Of a stretch of DNA of 64,000 nt, positions 49,916 to 59,572 are shown piece after piece. The notes under the pieces are model-generated. The model ran no database searches and was not told the origin of the DNA. It was given only the letters and a program-made list of their open reading frames with translations. A program made the position numbers and the translations under genes. This stretch comes from Minisyncoccota bacterium (GTDB lineage: Bacteria > Patescibacteriota > Minisyncoccia > Phycocordibacterales > Phycocordibacteraceae), in assembly GCA_041663025.1 (NCBI GenBank), contig JBAZRE010000001.1, forward strand, positions 71,585 to 135,584, in the 5' to 3' direction. Numbering within the stretch: the stretch's first letter is position 1; each line of letters starts with the position of its first letter.

Positions 49916-50764
49916 TTACCCTTTCCTCTTTTTGCCGACTTTGCGGCGAGAGACGATGAAGACGTTTGAATACTTCTTCGGGGTGCGGGTCTTCTGACCC
50001 TTGCCGGACGGCTTGCCCCACATGGTCTTAGCACGTTTGAGGCCTCTACCCTGCTTGCCCTCGCCGCCGCCATGCGGATGGTCAACAGGGTTCATCGCGG
50101 TGCCACGAACGGTAGGACGAATACCGAGCCATCGGGAGCGACCTGCTTTACCGATGACGACGAGGTTGTATTCTTCATTTCCAACTGCTCCTATGGATGC
50201 CCAGCAGAGATCGGAGATCTTTCGAATCTCGGTTGACGGGAGCTTCACCTGCGCGTAGCCGGAGTCATGTGCGACAACTTCTGCAAATACTCCTGCACCA
50301 CGTGCAAGAATAGCGCCTGCTGCAGGAGAAAGTTCAATATTATAAACAAATGTACCAACAGGGATCTTCCCGAGCGGCATGCGATTGCCCATGGTGAGCG
50401 GTGCGTTCTCTCCGACGACAAAAGTCGAGCCGACCTTCATCTCCTTTGGCAAGATGACATAGCGGCGCTCGCCGTCTCGATAGAGTGCGAGGCCGATGAA
50501 GGCCGAACGGAACGGATCGTATTCAACAGTTTCAATCTTCGCAGGGATATCCTTCTTGTTGTAGGAGAAATCAACATCGCGATAGCACTTCTTGTGTCCG
50601 CCGCCCTGATGACGCGTCGTGATACGCCCGAAGCCGTTACGGCCACCCTTGCTTCTGTTCGCCTTCATCAAAGGCTTGTGCGGCGCATCACCCGAGAGAA
50701 GCTCTCGGTATGGCAGTGTGGTCATGAAACGACGACTCTTGGTGGTTGGCTTGTAGGTTTTCAT
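49916..50764 (-). CDS. rplB: 50S ribosomal protein L2
   Basis: 282 aa, with the conserved HPHGGGEGK stretch. Confidence 0.95.
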   Translation of the reverse strand: MKTYKPTTKSRRFMTTLPYRELLSGDAPHKPLMKANRSKGGRNGFGRITTRHQGGGHKKCYRDVDFSYNKKDIPAKIETVEYDPFRSAFIGLALYRDGERRYVILPKEMKVGSTFVVGENAPLTMGNRMPLGKIPVGTFVYNIELSPAAGAILARGAGVFAEVVAHDSGYAQVKLPSTEIRKISDLCWASIGAVGNEEYNLVVIGKAGRSRWLGIRPTVRGTAMNPVDHPHGGGEGKQGRGLKRAKTMWGKPSGKGQKTRTPKKYSNVFIVSRRKVGKKRKG

Positions 50765-50794
50765 ATTTGTAAATTGAAAATTGGGAATTAAAAA

Positions 50795-51178
50795 TTATGA
50801 AAACTGTATGGTGTCTCCGGCATTTAGATACACCGAAGCCTTGCGGCGTGCAGGACGCGTGCCGACGCCACGCTTCGTGCGCATCGCCTTCTTCTTGCCT
50901 GGTAGATTCACAATGCAGATTTTGCGAGGTTCAACCTTGTAAATTTCTTTTACTGCTGCAGCAATCTCAGCCTTGGTTGCACGCTTGGGCACCATGAATG
51001 TATAGATGCCCTTGTCGGTCACGATGAGTGCCTTCTCTGAGAACCATGGTGCACGAAGAATCTCATTGGCCATGCCATCAGCGAGCTTCGTCGTGCGTGC
51101 ATGATGCACTCGAGCAGTTTTTGCTGTTTTCGCTTTTTTTGTCTTCTTTTCTACCTTTTTGTTGCCAAATAGTGCCAT
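50795..51178 (-). CDS. rplW: 50S ribosomal protein L23 (about 35 aa Lys-rich N-terminal extension, or internal start at 51073)
   Basis: EILRAPWFSEKALIVTDKGIYTFMV. Confidence 0.88.
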   Translation of the reverse strand: MALFGNKKVEKKTKKAKTAKTARVHHARTTKLADGMANEILRAPWFSEKALIVTDKGIYTFMVPKRATKAEIAAAVKEIYKVEPRKICIVNLPGKKKAMRTKRGVGTRPARRKASVYLNAGDTIQFS

Positions 51179-51188
51179 ACGTATTTAA

Positions 51189-51932
51189 TTATTTTCCGCC
51201 GGAGGCGGATTCGCCTTTGGCGAAAGATGCCACGCGAGCAACTAGCGCCGCAAAAACCTCCTCAGGCTTCTCAATGACGAGATACTTGTGCGTCATGATA
51301 GAGAGTGGGTTCAGGTTGCGAGCCTCTTCGGTGAGCACGCTACCGATATTGCTGAAGCTCTTCACTGTATTGGTGTCATAGGCCGCAAGCGCGAGCAACG
51401 CGGCGTTCTTCTTCTTGGTCGCGAGGAACTTGGCATCGCTACCTGCCGCAAGCGCAACGAGAGCAGATTTCGCTGTTGCTGTTTTTGGTGTGGCAAAGGC
51501 AAAAGAGTTAACGAGAATAATCTCTCCATCTTTCGCTTTACGTGAGAGAACTGCGAGGAGCGCGCCAACGCGCATCTTGCGATTAATCTTTTCACTATAG
51601 TCGCGCTCTGAGAGCGGACCGAATGTCACGCCGCCGTGGCGCCAGATCGGTGAGCGATTTGATCCTGTACGCGCTTGACCGGTGCCTTTCTGCTTCCACG
51701 GTTTCTTGCCACCACCCGAGACTTCAGAGCGATCTTTTGTGTTCGCGCGATTCTGACGGAGGTTGGCCTGCATCGCGGTTGTCACCTGATGCACGAGGTC
51801 ATTCTTCCATGCCACATTAAAAACGCTCGCAGGAAGTGCGATGCTCCCAACCTTCTTGCCTTCCATAGAAAAAATAGACATCTCTGTTGGTGCCTCTTTA
51901 GTTTTCTTCGCGATTTTGTTTGCCGTAGACAT
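51189..51932 (-). CDS. rplD: 50S ribosomal protein L4
   Basis: Start at an internal Met 10 nt after the rplC stop; 247 aa. Confidence 0.9.
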   Translation of the reverse strand: MSTANKIAKKTKEAPTEMSIFSMEGKKVGSIALPASVFNVAWKNDLVHQVTTAMQANLRQNRANTKDRSEVSGGGKKPWKQKGTGQARTGSNRSPIWRHGGVTFGPLSERDYSEKINRKMRVGALLAVLSRKAKDGEIILVNSFAFATPKTATAKSALVALAAGSDAKFLATKKKNAALLALAAYDTNTVKSFSNIGSVLTEEARNLNPLSIMTHKYLVIEKPEEVFAALVARVASFAKGESASGGK

Positions 51933-51942
51933 ACTATTGAAA

Positions 51943-52611
51943 TTATTTATCGATTGCGCCGTGCTTCTTAGTAGGTACTGAAACGATCTCAAGGAGAGTA
52001 CCGCGTGCCCCCGGCACTGCGCCCGAGACAATGATCTTGCCCGCTTTCACATCCACAGCGAGAATCTTCAAATTCTCAACGCGAACGCGATCTTGACCCA
52101 TACGTCCGGCCATGCGGATGCCCTTGGCGACACGGCCGCCGGCACGACCGCCCGATCCGCCGATAGACCCTGGCTCGCGCTCAGAGTGTTTCTGTCCGTG
52201 CGAACGTGGGCCGCCGTGGAATCCGTGACGCTTCACCCCGCCTTGGAAGCCTTTGCCCTTCGTCAAACCCGAAACACTGACCATGTCACCGACAGCAAAT
52301 GTAGAAGCATCGATAGTACCGCCAACCTCAGCCGCATTATTGATCGCATCAGAACCGCCAAAAGCGACCGGGAACTCGCGAATTGCTTCATAGCCCTTAC
52401 CCTTGGTGTGGCCCAAGACCGACTTAGAGATATTCTTCACCTTACGGACGCCCATGCCGACCTGGACTGCTGAGTAGCCATCCTTCCCCTCCTTGGTCTT
52501 CACGGCAGTCACGGTGATTGGGTTGGCAACGAGAATAGTCCCCGCGCGGGCGCGGCCATCCTCCCCGAAGATACGGGTCATGCTTTCTTTTTTGGCTAGA
52601 ATGAATTTCAT
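51943..52611 (-). CDS. rplC: 50S ribosomal protein L3
   Basis: MKFILAKKESMTRIFGEDGRA. Confidence 0.93.
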   Translation of the reverse strand: MKFILAKKESMTRIFGEDGRARAGTILVANPITVTAVKTKEGKDGYSAVQVGMGVRKVKNISKSVLGHTKGKGYEAIREFPVAFGGSDAINNAAEVGGTIDASTFAVGDMVSVSGLTKGKGFQGGVKRHGFHGGPRSHGQKHSEREPGSIGGSGGRAGGRVAKGIRMAGRMGQDRVRVENLKILAVDVKAGKIIVSGAVPGARGTLLEIVSVPTKKHGAIDK

Positions 52612-52623
52612 TTTTTAAAGCAA

Positions 52624-52652
52624 AACGCGCGATGACAGACGCATCGCGCGTT
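52624..52652 (-). promoter_or_regulatory. Leader hairpin 12 nt upstream of the rplC start (GCGCGATG-acagac-CATCGCGC); candidate autoregulatory/attenuator structure
   Basis: A 10 bp stem followed on the minus strand by UUUGCUUUAAAAAA. Confidence 0.35.
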
Positions 52653-52687
52653 CTGCCATAGGACCAGCCGCGGGCACTGTTCTTAGC

Positions 52688-52715
52688 GTTATAAGCACTC
52701 TACACTAGGCGACAA
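52688..52715 (-). promoter_or_regulatory. Candidate promoter for rplC-...-rpsS (TTGTCG-N16-TATAAC)
   Basis: Located between the rpsJ terminator and the rplC leader hairpin. Confidence 0.3.
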
Positions 52716-52753
52716 AAACATGCAACCGCCCCAGAGGGGCGGTTGCATGTTTT
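52715..52753. terminator. Strong bidirectional intrinsic terminator 17 nt after rpsJ (AAAACATGCAACCGCCCC-agag-GGGGCGGTTGCATGTTTT)
   Basis: Perfect 18 bp stem flanked by A and T runs. Confidence 0.6.
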
Positions 52754-52769
52754 CTATCTTGGCGATCGG

Positions 52770-53192
52770 TTAAACCATCTTCACATCAATCGTGACTCCC
52801 GAGGGGAGATTGAGGTTCGTGAGGGCCTCAACCACCTTTTGTGAGGGATTCATGATGTCGATAAGGCGCTTATGAATGCGCATTTCAAACTGTTCGCGCG
52901 CATCCTTGTGCACGAATGTTGAGCGATTGACCGTCCAACGCTTGATTTCGGTCGGGAGTGGAACTGGACCAACGACGATCGCATCGAAACGAGCAGCGGT
53001 GTCCATGATCTGCTTTACCGAGAGATCGAGAATCTTGTGTTCATAGGCGCGGACGCGAATGCGGAGTTTGTGCTCCACCAGAGCAGGTGCTGCGACTTTT
53101 TTCGTCACAACTCTCGCCCGCGGCGCCTTCGGCGCCGCGACTTTGGGGGCTGCGCGTTTTACTTTTGGTTTTGTGGCTGTCGCTGTAGGCAT
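52770..53192 (-). CDS. rpsJ: 30S ribosomal protein S10 (38 aa Lys/Ala/Pro-rich N-terminal extension, or a later start)
   Basis: HKLRIRVRAYEHKILD...VGPVPLPT...HKDAREQFEMRIHKRLIDI. Confidence 0.9.
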   Translation of the reverse strand: MPTATATKPKVKRAAPKVAAPKAPRARVVTKKVAAPALVEHKLRIRVRAYEHKILDLSVKQIMDTAARFDAIVVGPVPLPTEIKRWTVNRSTFVHKDAREQFEMRIHKRLIDIMNPSQKVVEALTNLNLPSGVTIDVKMV

Positions 53193-53198
53193 AATTGA

Positions 53199-53262
53199 AT
53201 AGTTAGCAGGAGGCAGTAGCTGGAGGCAGGAATTTCAGACTGCTTGGTGCTCCTGCTTACTG
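53199..53262. repeat. Imperfect palindromic dispersed repeat (GCAGGAGGCAG...CTGCTTACTGCTTAC), copy B, filling the tuf-rpsJ spacer
   Basis: Same architecture as the copy at 10862..10930. Confidence 0.5.
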
Positions 53263-53263
53263 C

Positions 53264-54463
53264 TTACGCAGTTATTTTAGTTACGACACCGGCACCAACG
53301 GTCTTGCCGCCTTCGCGAATAGCGAAGTGCTGTTGCTCTTCAAGAGCGACTGGCGCAACAAGCTTCACTTTGAAAGTGACTGTGTCACCAGGCATGACCA
53401 TCTCCTTACCCTCTGCGAGGGTCACTTCACCCGTCACGTCTGTCGTGCGGATATAGAACTGTGGCTTGTAGCCAGAAAAGAACGGCGTGTGACGGCCACC
53501 TTCATCCTTGCCCAAGATGTAGACCTCAGCGTCAAAGTCCGTGTGCGGAGTAACCGCTCCAGTCTTCGAGAGAACTTGTCCACGATGCACGTCTTCTTTC
53601 TTGGTACCGCGAAGGAGGATACCAGCATTGTCGCCTGCCTGACCTTCTTGGAGCTGCTTGTTGAACATTTCAATACCAGTGACGGTCGTCTTCATGGTCG
53701 GCTTGATGCCAACGATTTCAACCTCTTCACCAACTTTGATGACACCGCGCTCAATGCGGCCAGTGACCACAGTGCCCCTGCCTTCAATCGAGAAGATGTC
53801 TTCAATCGGCATGAGGAACGGTTTGGTAACTTCACGCTCTGGTTGATCGAAGTATGTGTCCATCGTGTCAACGAGCTCCTTAACCTTAACCGCCCACTCA
53901 TCACTGACGTCCTTAGCATCAAGTGCTTTGAGGCCAGAACCGCGGATAATCGGCGTATTTGCGCCATCGTAGCCCTGCTTTGTGAGAAGCTCGCGAATCT
54001 CCTCTTCGACGAGATCAATAAGATCTGCCTCGGCGACCATATCTACTTTGTTCAAGAAAACGATGAGTTTCTTGAGACCCACCTGCTTTGCAAGCAAAAT
54101 GTGCTCGCGCGTTTGCGGCATAACGCCGTCAGTCGCGGCGACTACGAGAACTGCACCGTCCATCTGGGCCGCACCCGTAATCATGTTCTTGATGTAGTCA
54201 GCGTGTCCTGGCGCGTCGATGTGCGCGTAGTGACGATTCGGTGTCTCGTACTCCGAGTGGTGGAGCGCAATGGTGATACCGCGTGCCTTCTCTTCTGGTG
54301 CACTGTCGATCTTATCAACGCCCTCAACACGCGCGCTGTAGCCCGATCCTGTCAACATTGAGAGGATGTGCAGGATGCTTGCGGTGAGGGTCGTCTTGCC
54401 GTGGTCAACGTGGCCAATGGTGCCGACGTTCATGTGCGGCTTGCTGCGATTAAATTCTGCCAT
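53264..54463 (-). CDS. tuf: Elongation factor Tu
   Basis: [14 protein letters not shown] and NKxD motifs; 399 aa. Confidence 0.97.
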   Translation of the reverse strand: MAEFNRSKPHMNVGTIGHVDHGKTTLTASILHILSMLTGSGYSARVEGVDKIDSAPEEKARGITIALHHSEYETPNRHYAHIDAPGHADYIKNMITGAAQMDGAVLVVAATDGVMPQTREHILLAKQVGLKKLIVFLNKVDMVAEADLIDLVEEEIRELLTKQGYDGANTPIIRGSGLKALDAKDVSDEWAVKVKELVDTMDTYFDQPEREVTKPFLMPIEDIFSIEGRGTVVTGRIERGVIKVGEEVEIVGIKPTMKTTVTGIEMFNKQLQEGQAGDNAGILLRGTKKEDVHRGQVLSKTGAVTPHTDFDAEVYILGKDEGGRHTPFFSGYKPQFYIRTTDVTGEVTLAEGKEMVMPGDTVTFKVKLVAPVALEEQQHFAIREGGKTVGAGVVTKITA

Positions 54464-54680
54464 ATATCGGATAATTTATTTAATAAATCACGAATAAATC
54501 CGACGTGAGTCGGAACAATCTAAGGCTTGCCGACTCACAGAAGCAGACAAGCCAAAGAGCGACGCCAAGATGCGTTATGAACACTATACGCAAACCTATA
54601 AGGAAATGCAAATGATTGTGGGGAAACACTAAAGCCTACCGCGAGGCAGGCTTTATTGGATGAAGTGGTTTGGCCACCAC

Positions 54681-54878
54681 TTATTCTTCAGGTGACCCAC
54701 GCATCAATTCGGTTACACAGAACACTGCGAGGGCAAGAAACAGTAGAAATCCTACCCGCCACAACCCCATACCGAAATAATTAACTAGAACAAAGAGGAA
54801 CAGGGTCGCTAGTACCGTGATGCTACAGAAATACCGTTTGTTTGTACCAAAGAACAAAAGAACCAATTTATTATTCAT
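54681..54878 (-). CDS. Hypothetical 65 aa two-TM membrane protein between fusA and tuf
   Basis: AGGAGG SD 7 nt upstream; a hairpin AAAGCCU...AGGCUUU just downstream. Confidence 0.45.
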   Translation of the reverse strand: MNNKLVLLFFGTNKRYFCSITVLATLFLFVLVNYFGMGLWRVGFLLFLALAVFCVTELMRGSPEE

Positions 54879-54965
54879 GACTTCCCTCCTCTTTGTAGTT
54901 GAACTTCTGACAAAAACCTCCTCAATCTGACCGTAGCATAGCGCATTAGGTCAGCTTTATCAAAC

Positions 54966-57113
54966 TTACTTACGCGAGGCGATGATATCCGTCGCAATGT
55001 TGTTCGGCACCGTGTCGTAGTGGTCAAATTCCATCGTCATACTGCCGCGGCCTTCGGTCATGGAACGGAGGGTAGTGGTGTAGCCGAACATTTCAGAGAG
55101 CGGCACTTTAGCATGCACGATTTTGTTCTGACCTCGCTCTTCCATACCCTCTATCTGACCGCGCTTGCCTGAGAGATTGCCGGTGATATCGCCCATGAAT
55201 TGTTCTGGAACAATGACGTCAACTTTCATAATCGGTTCAAGAATAACTGCCTTCGCTTTCGAAGCGGCCTCTTGGAAAGCCATAGATGCAGCAATTTTGA
55301 AAGCGATTTCTGAAGAGTCCACATCGTGGAATGACCCATCGTAGAGGTCGACAGAGATGTCCACCATCGGGAAGCCTGCGAGGAATCCTCTCGACATCGC
55401 CTCGCGTATACCCTTCTCCACGGGAGCAATGAACTCTTGTGGAATAACACCGCCCTTGATGTTGTTGATGAACTCGAAGTGATCTTCGCGCGTGATATTT
55501 TTTGAAACTTTCTTATCCGGATCCACTGGTTCCATCTTCTTCATCTTGATCTTCACATGACCATACTGGCCGCGACCGCCGGTCTGCTTGATGTACTTCC
55601 CTTCTGCTTCGGCGGAGCCGAGAATTGTCTCACGATATGCCACCTGCGGCTTACCCACATCAGCGACAACGTTAAATTCGCGCTTCATGCGCTCCACGAG
55701 AATTTCCAAGTGCAACTCGCCCATACCAGAGATAATCGTCTCCCCAGTCTCTTCGTCGGTCTTGATGCGGAAGGTCGGATCTTCATCTGAGAGCTTACGG
55801 AGCGCGATGCCCATCTTCTCTTGATCTGCCTTTGTCTTCGGCTCAATGCGGAGCGACACCACCGGCTCAGGGAATTTAATCTGTTCAAGAATGATCGGAT
55901 TCGCTTCATCGCAGAGTGTGTGCGATGTTTTGGTATCTTTGAGACCAACAGCCGCAGCAATCTCACCAGTGAATACCTGCGCCACTTCTTCACGCTTGTC
56001 AGCCTGGAGGCGCACAATGCGACCAACGCGCTCCTTACCACCAGTGGTCGAGTTATAGACATACGAACCAGCAGTGAGTGTGCCTGAATACACACGGAAG
56101 AAGGTCAGAGCACCAACGAATGGGTCGGTCTGGAGCTTGAAGGCGAGCGCACAAAACGGCTCATCGTCTGACGCATGGCGCTCAACCGGCTCGCCGGTCT
56201 TTGGGTTGATACCGGTGACAGGCTTCAGATCTACTGGAGATGGGAGAAGATCGACGACCGCATCAAGCACCAACTGGACACCCTTATTCTTCAACGCAGA
56301 GCCGGTGAATACCGGGAATATCTCATTGTTAATGACTGCGTTACGCAAGATCGCCTTCAATTCTTCAAGACTCGGCTCTTTGCCGTCCAAGTAGGCGCCC
56401 ATTGCTGCATCATCTTGCTCCACAATGCGCTCAATAAGCTCGGCGCGATATTTCTTCGCATCTTCCAAGAGATTCGCGGGTATTTCACCCTCAACCACTT
56501 CTTCGCCCATGTTCCCCACAAAGGTGTATGCCTTCATGGTGAGGAGATCGACAGAACCCTCGTGTGCTCCCTCTTCGCCAATCGGGATTTGCATGCGAAT
56601 CGCCTTGGGTGAGAGTCGATCGAGGATGCTTGCGTAAGAACGCTCAAAGGACGCACCCGTGCGGTCAAGCTTGTTGATGAAACAGAGACGTGGCACTGCG
56701 GCATCATCGGCATAACGCCAGTTGGTCTCAGACTGCGGCTCGACGCCTGACACGCCGTCGAAGACAACAATAGCGCCATCAAGCACGCGCATCGAGCGCT
56801 GCACCTCGGCGGTGAAGTCGATGTGTCCGGGGGTGTCGATAATATTGAAACGATTTTTCTTCGCAGTATCTTTTTTATCTTTCTCGCCTGTCTTGGTCCA
56901 GAAGCAGGTGATAGCGGCGGAGGTGATGGTGATGCCACGCTCGCGCTCCTGCTCCATCCAGTCGGTGGTAGTCTCGCCCTCATGCACTTCACCGATCTTG
57001 TGCTGACTGCCAGTATAGAAAAGGATGCGCTCACTGCAGGTAGTTTTCCCCGCGTCGATGTGAGCGATGATGCCGAAATTTCGAACTTTCTCTAGTGGGT
57101 AATCTCTGTTCAT
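54966..57113 (-). CDS. fusA: Elongation factor G
   Basis: Begins [14 protein letters not shown]; 715 aa; all five EF-G domains. Confidence 0.97.
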   Translation of the reverse strand: MNRDYPLEKVRNFGIIAHIDAGKTTCSERILFYTGSQHKIGEVHEGETTTDWMEQERERGITITSAAITCFWTKTGEKDKKDTAKKNRFNIIDTPGHIDFTAEVQRSMRVLDGAIVVFDGVSGVEPQSETNWRYADDAAVPRLCFINKLDRTGASFERSYASILDRLSPKAIRMQIPIGEEGAHEGSVDLLTMKAYTFVGNMGEEVVEGEIPANLLEDAKKYRAELIERIVEQDDAAMGAYLDGKEPSLEELKAILRNAVINNEIFPVFTGSALKNKGVQLVLDAVVDLLPSPVDLKPVTGINPKTGEPVERHASDDEPFCALAFKLQTDPFVGALTFFRVYSGTLTAGSYVYNSTTGGKERVGRIVRLQADKREEVAQVFTGEIAAAVGLKDTKTSHTLCDEANPIILEQIKFPEPVVSLRIEPKTKADQEKMGIALRKLSDEDPTFRIKTDEETGETIISGMGELHLEILVERMKREFNVVADVGKPQVAYRETILGSAEAEGKYIKQTGGRGQYGHVKIKMKKMEPVDPDKKVSKNITREDHFEFINNIKGGVIPQEFIAPVEKGIREAMSRGFLAGFPMVDISVDLYDGSFHDVDSSEIAFKIAASMAFQEAASKAKAVILEPIMKVDVIVPEQFMGDITGNLSGKRGQIEGMEERGQNKIVHAKVPLSEMFGYTTTLRSMTEGRGSMTMEFDHYDTVPNNIATDIIASRK

Positions 57114-57127
57114 AAAGTTTTTAAAAA

Positions 57128-57150
57128 AATAATCCGCCGGCTGGCGGACG
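57128..57150 (-). terminator. Hairpin CCGCC-ggct-GGCGG followed by U7, only 14 nt upstream of the fusA start
   Basis: Minus strand: GGCGUCCGCCAGCCGGCGGAUUAUUUUUUUAAAAAC. Confidence 0.4.
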
Positions 57151-57194
57151 CCGTAGCGCTAAGGAGAGAATAACCCAAATGAGGTGAAAAGAAA

Positions 57195-57228
57195 AGAGGC
57201 GGTGTTTCCATCCGCCTCTCGGAACTCG
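57195..57228 (-). terminator. Intrinsic terminator after the 104 aa gene (GAGGCGG-loop-CCGCCUC + UUUUCUUUUC)
   Basis: Hairpin followed by a U-run on the minus strand. Confidence 0.5.
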
Positions 57229-57236
57229 TCGCAACC

Positions 57237-57551
57237 TTAGGGCTGCACTTCGAAACGAACATTCACTCGTGATAGAGCTTTCTTAAGTAACTTTTTTGTA
57301 GAGTCCAGAAGAGGCTGTGGCGAAGTAACTTTTGCTCCTCCCGCAACAGAACACTCTCCTGTTACATTAACCTGAACGAGTACCTCTTCTGCCCGTTTAC
57401 ACCACCGACAAGCTGGCACATACAACTCCGCGCACCTTTGTTCTAAATTGAAACGAGTTTTTGCTCCCAACAATTTGGCGACTTCATCTAACTCCTTTCG
57501 AAATTCGCTGACATAAGAGCCACCGCTATCCTTCCAAGCATTTCTAGACAT
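57237..57551 (-). CDS. Hypothetical 104 aa protein (start at ATG 57551 with GGGAGG SD); contains a CRWC pair
   Basis: Strong SD 7-8 nt upstream of the internal ATG; the TTG-extended track ORF (to 57596) was rejected. Confidence 0.5.
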   Translation of the reverse strand: MSRNAWKDSGGSYVSEFRKELDEVAKLLGAKTRFNLEQRCAELYVPACRWCKRAEEVLVQVNVTGECSVAGGAKVTSPQPLLDSTKKLLKKALSRVNVRFEVQP

Positions 57552-57658
57552 AGCATTACCTCCCTCTCTCTTTATTGTACTGGCGTTATATACCAAAAGA
57601 CCCGATTTATCTCGATTCTTTTTACCACTCTCTATAAGAAAAGTCGAGTCGAGGTACC

Positions 57659-57685
57659 ATGTTCTAAGGTTAAACCTCAGAACAT
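57659..57685. repeat. REP-like 27 bp palindrome IR1 (ATGTTCTAAGG-TTAAA-CCTCAGAACAT)
   Basis: 11 bp arms with a 5 nt loop; the first of four copies bounding gene cassettes next to the RAYT transposase. Confidence 0.7.
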
Positions 57686-58006
57686 TTGCCCGTGCGATAT
57701 CGTATACTTAAACATGTGGTAACAAACACGATTACAAAACGACGAGATATATCCTGCTCGATATGCGGGAAATCCATGCACGTCGTCTTTTATAAAGACC
57801 GCAGGTATAGGGGCGGACATTACTTTGGGGAAGTACCTGTGTATTCTAAATCCGAGTTGGCGAAAATGCACAGAAGCGGAACTCACCAATCAAAAATTAC
57901 ACCGACGTGGACCATAGATGTGTGTAATTATGATCCAAAACCCCATGCACATTTTGAATATTGGGAGTGCCCGAACTGCTATTGGCATCCGAAATCTAAA
58001 TCTTGA
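57686..58006 (+). CDS. Hypothetical 106 aa zinc-ribbon protein (CSIC...CPNC) bounded by IR1 and IR2
   Basis: Four Cys in two CxxC pairs; the track start is TTG, and an internal ATG at about 57776 is possible. Confidence 0.4.
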   Translation: MPVRYRILKHVVTNTITKRRDISCSICGKSMHVVFYKDRRYRGGHYFGEVPVYSKSELAKMHRSGTHQSKITPTWTIDVCNYDPKPHAHFEYWECPNCYWHPKSKS

Positions 58007-58033
58007 GTGTTCTGAGGTTTAACCTTAGAACAT
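58007..58033. repeat. REP-like palindrome IR2 (inverted orientation: gTGTTCTGAGG-TTTAA-CCTTAGAACAT)
   Basis: Reverse complement of IR1 apart from one base. Confidence 0.7.
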
Positions 58034-58051
58034 CATGCTATGATTTAACCC

Positions 58052-58732
58052 ATGGCGAACAATATCTGTGTTACTGGCGAGTGGTATCACTGCTACAACC
58101 GCGGAACGGATAAAAGAACTGTGTTTGAAGATGTTGCTGATTATGAAAGGTTCCTCACCCTGCTATATGTCAGTAACGGCACAAATTCAATTCGAATTTC
58201 TGATCAACGAACAGGCAGCTTATCTATGTTCCTTGAAAATACATCTATCGACCGCACAGAACCGCTTGTAGAGATTGGTGCGTACGCTCTTATGCCGAAC
58301 CATCCGCATCTAATCTTAAAACAAGTGGCGGATGGGGGCATTGCCCGTTTTATGCAAAAAGTATTCACCGGTTATACCATGTATTTCAATCTTAAAAATA
58401 AACGCACTGGTGCACTTTTTGCGGGTACATATAAATCACGGCACATATCCAACGATCAATATCTGAAACAGGCTATTTCGTACGTTCTGTTGAACCCTGC
58501 AGAGTTGTTCGCAGACGACTGGAAAAAAGGAATGATAGATCTTTCCCAAATAAGAGAGCCTCTCCTTGCCTACCGCTTTTCAAGTCTTTCGGATTTCCTC
58601 GGATCAAAAAGACAAGAAAACAAGATCGTCACAGAGATGGGTGAGTTTTATGAGAAAAAACCAACCCTGGATGAAATGCTCTCGTATGCGATTTCCTACC
58701 ACCAAGAGAACCCCGCAGATACGGAGGTTTAA
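58052..58732 (+). CDS. REP-associated tyrosine transposase (RAYT / IS200-like Y1 HUH transposase, TnpA_REP)
   Basis: HUH motif MPNHPHLIL and catalytic Tyr in ISYVLLNPAE (Y-x3-NP). The stop codon TAA lies in the loop of IR3. Confidence 0.75.
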   Translation: MANNICVTGEWYHCYNRGTDKRTVFEDVADYERFLTLLYVSNGTNSIRISDQRTGSLSMFLENTSIDRTEPLVEIGAYALMPNHPHLILKQVADGGIARFMQKVFTGYTMYFNLKNKRTGALFAGTYKSRHISNDQYLKQAISYVLLNPAELFADDWKKGMIDLSQIREPLLAYRFSSLSDFLGSKRQENKIVTEMGEFYEKKPTLDEMLSYAISYHQENPADTEV

Positions 58733-58741
58733 CCTTAGAAC
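58715..58741. repeat. REP-like palindrome IR3 (left arm degenerate: agatacGGAGG-TTTAA-CCTTAGAACAT)
   Basis: Right arm and loop identical to IR2/IR4. Confidence 0.55.
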
Positions 58742-59509
58742 ATGTGCCGCTTTTTATTTGAAGCGGTGTTTGCTTGAAACGCATTCGTGAGCTCTTCATG
58801 CGAAGGTTGGCGATGTTCTTCTTTAGCCTTACGCATTACTCGACACACCGGACAGTCATCGTCTTCTTTCGAGGAACCTTCGTGTAACCATTCGCTTATA
58901 AGAGTCAAATTTTCTTCAATTTCTGAAACAGAAAGATCTGCTGGTTCAACGTTTCCGTGGATGACTTCATTGTATACCTCACGCGAATCTCGAATGTGGC
59001 GTGAACGTATGATCTCCCAATCTCGGACGGTTGGTTGCAACGCTAATACAGAGGAATTAAGAACTCTCCACTCACCTTTTATTGGAGCAATCCTGCATAT
59101 AAAAACATCTCCTGCGGCAACATCCAAAACACCCGCAGTATCAGCTATCTCATACTGTTTACTGTCATCAATGGCCATCAACATCATGCGGCCATGATTT
59201 GTTGCTTTCACTTCGAAATATCCAAAACGATTGTGTTCCAAAATTGACTTGAGACCCTCGAGGTCCTCGAGGGAAAAATTAAGTGGGTTTGTTCTATGGG
59301 TATAACTAAGCGGCGTTTCGCTTCCCTGATAATGAAAGTTGAAAAGAAACCAATCTAGAAAATATTCGTAAGCATCTTCGCTAATTGGGCCAGTGTCTCC
59401 CGAAAATTCATCCATAGCACGATGGACTTCATTGCCAAACATCCATACATGATCTGGGTGAAGAAAATAATTCAACAAACGTGAAAGTATTTCGACAAGC
59501 ATGCCCATA
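58735..59509 (-). CDS. Hypothetical 257 aa protein (cassette cargo), acidic with C-terminal CPVC
   Basis: Bounded by IR3 and IR4; start set at ATG (MGMLVEIL) with GGAGG 12 nt upstream. No recognised domain. Confidence 0.5.
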
Positions 59510-59535
59510 TTAAAACACAAACCTCCGATGCCAGG

Positions 59536-59562
59536 AGGTTCGGAGGTTTAACCTTAGAACAT
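59536..59562. repeat. REP-like palindrome IR4 (AGGTTCGGAGG-TTTAA-CCTTAGAACAT)
   Basis: 9/11 match in the left arm; the right arm is perfect. Confidence 0.65.
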
Positions 59563-59572
59563 TCTCAGTGGA

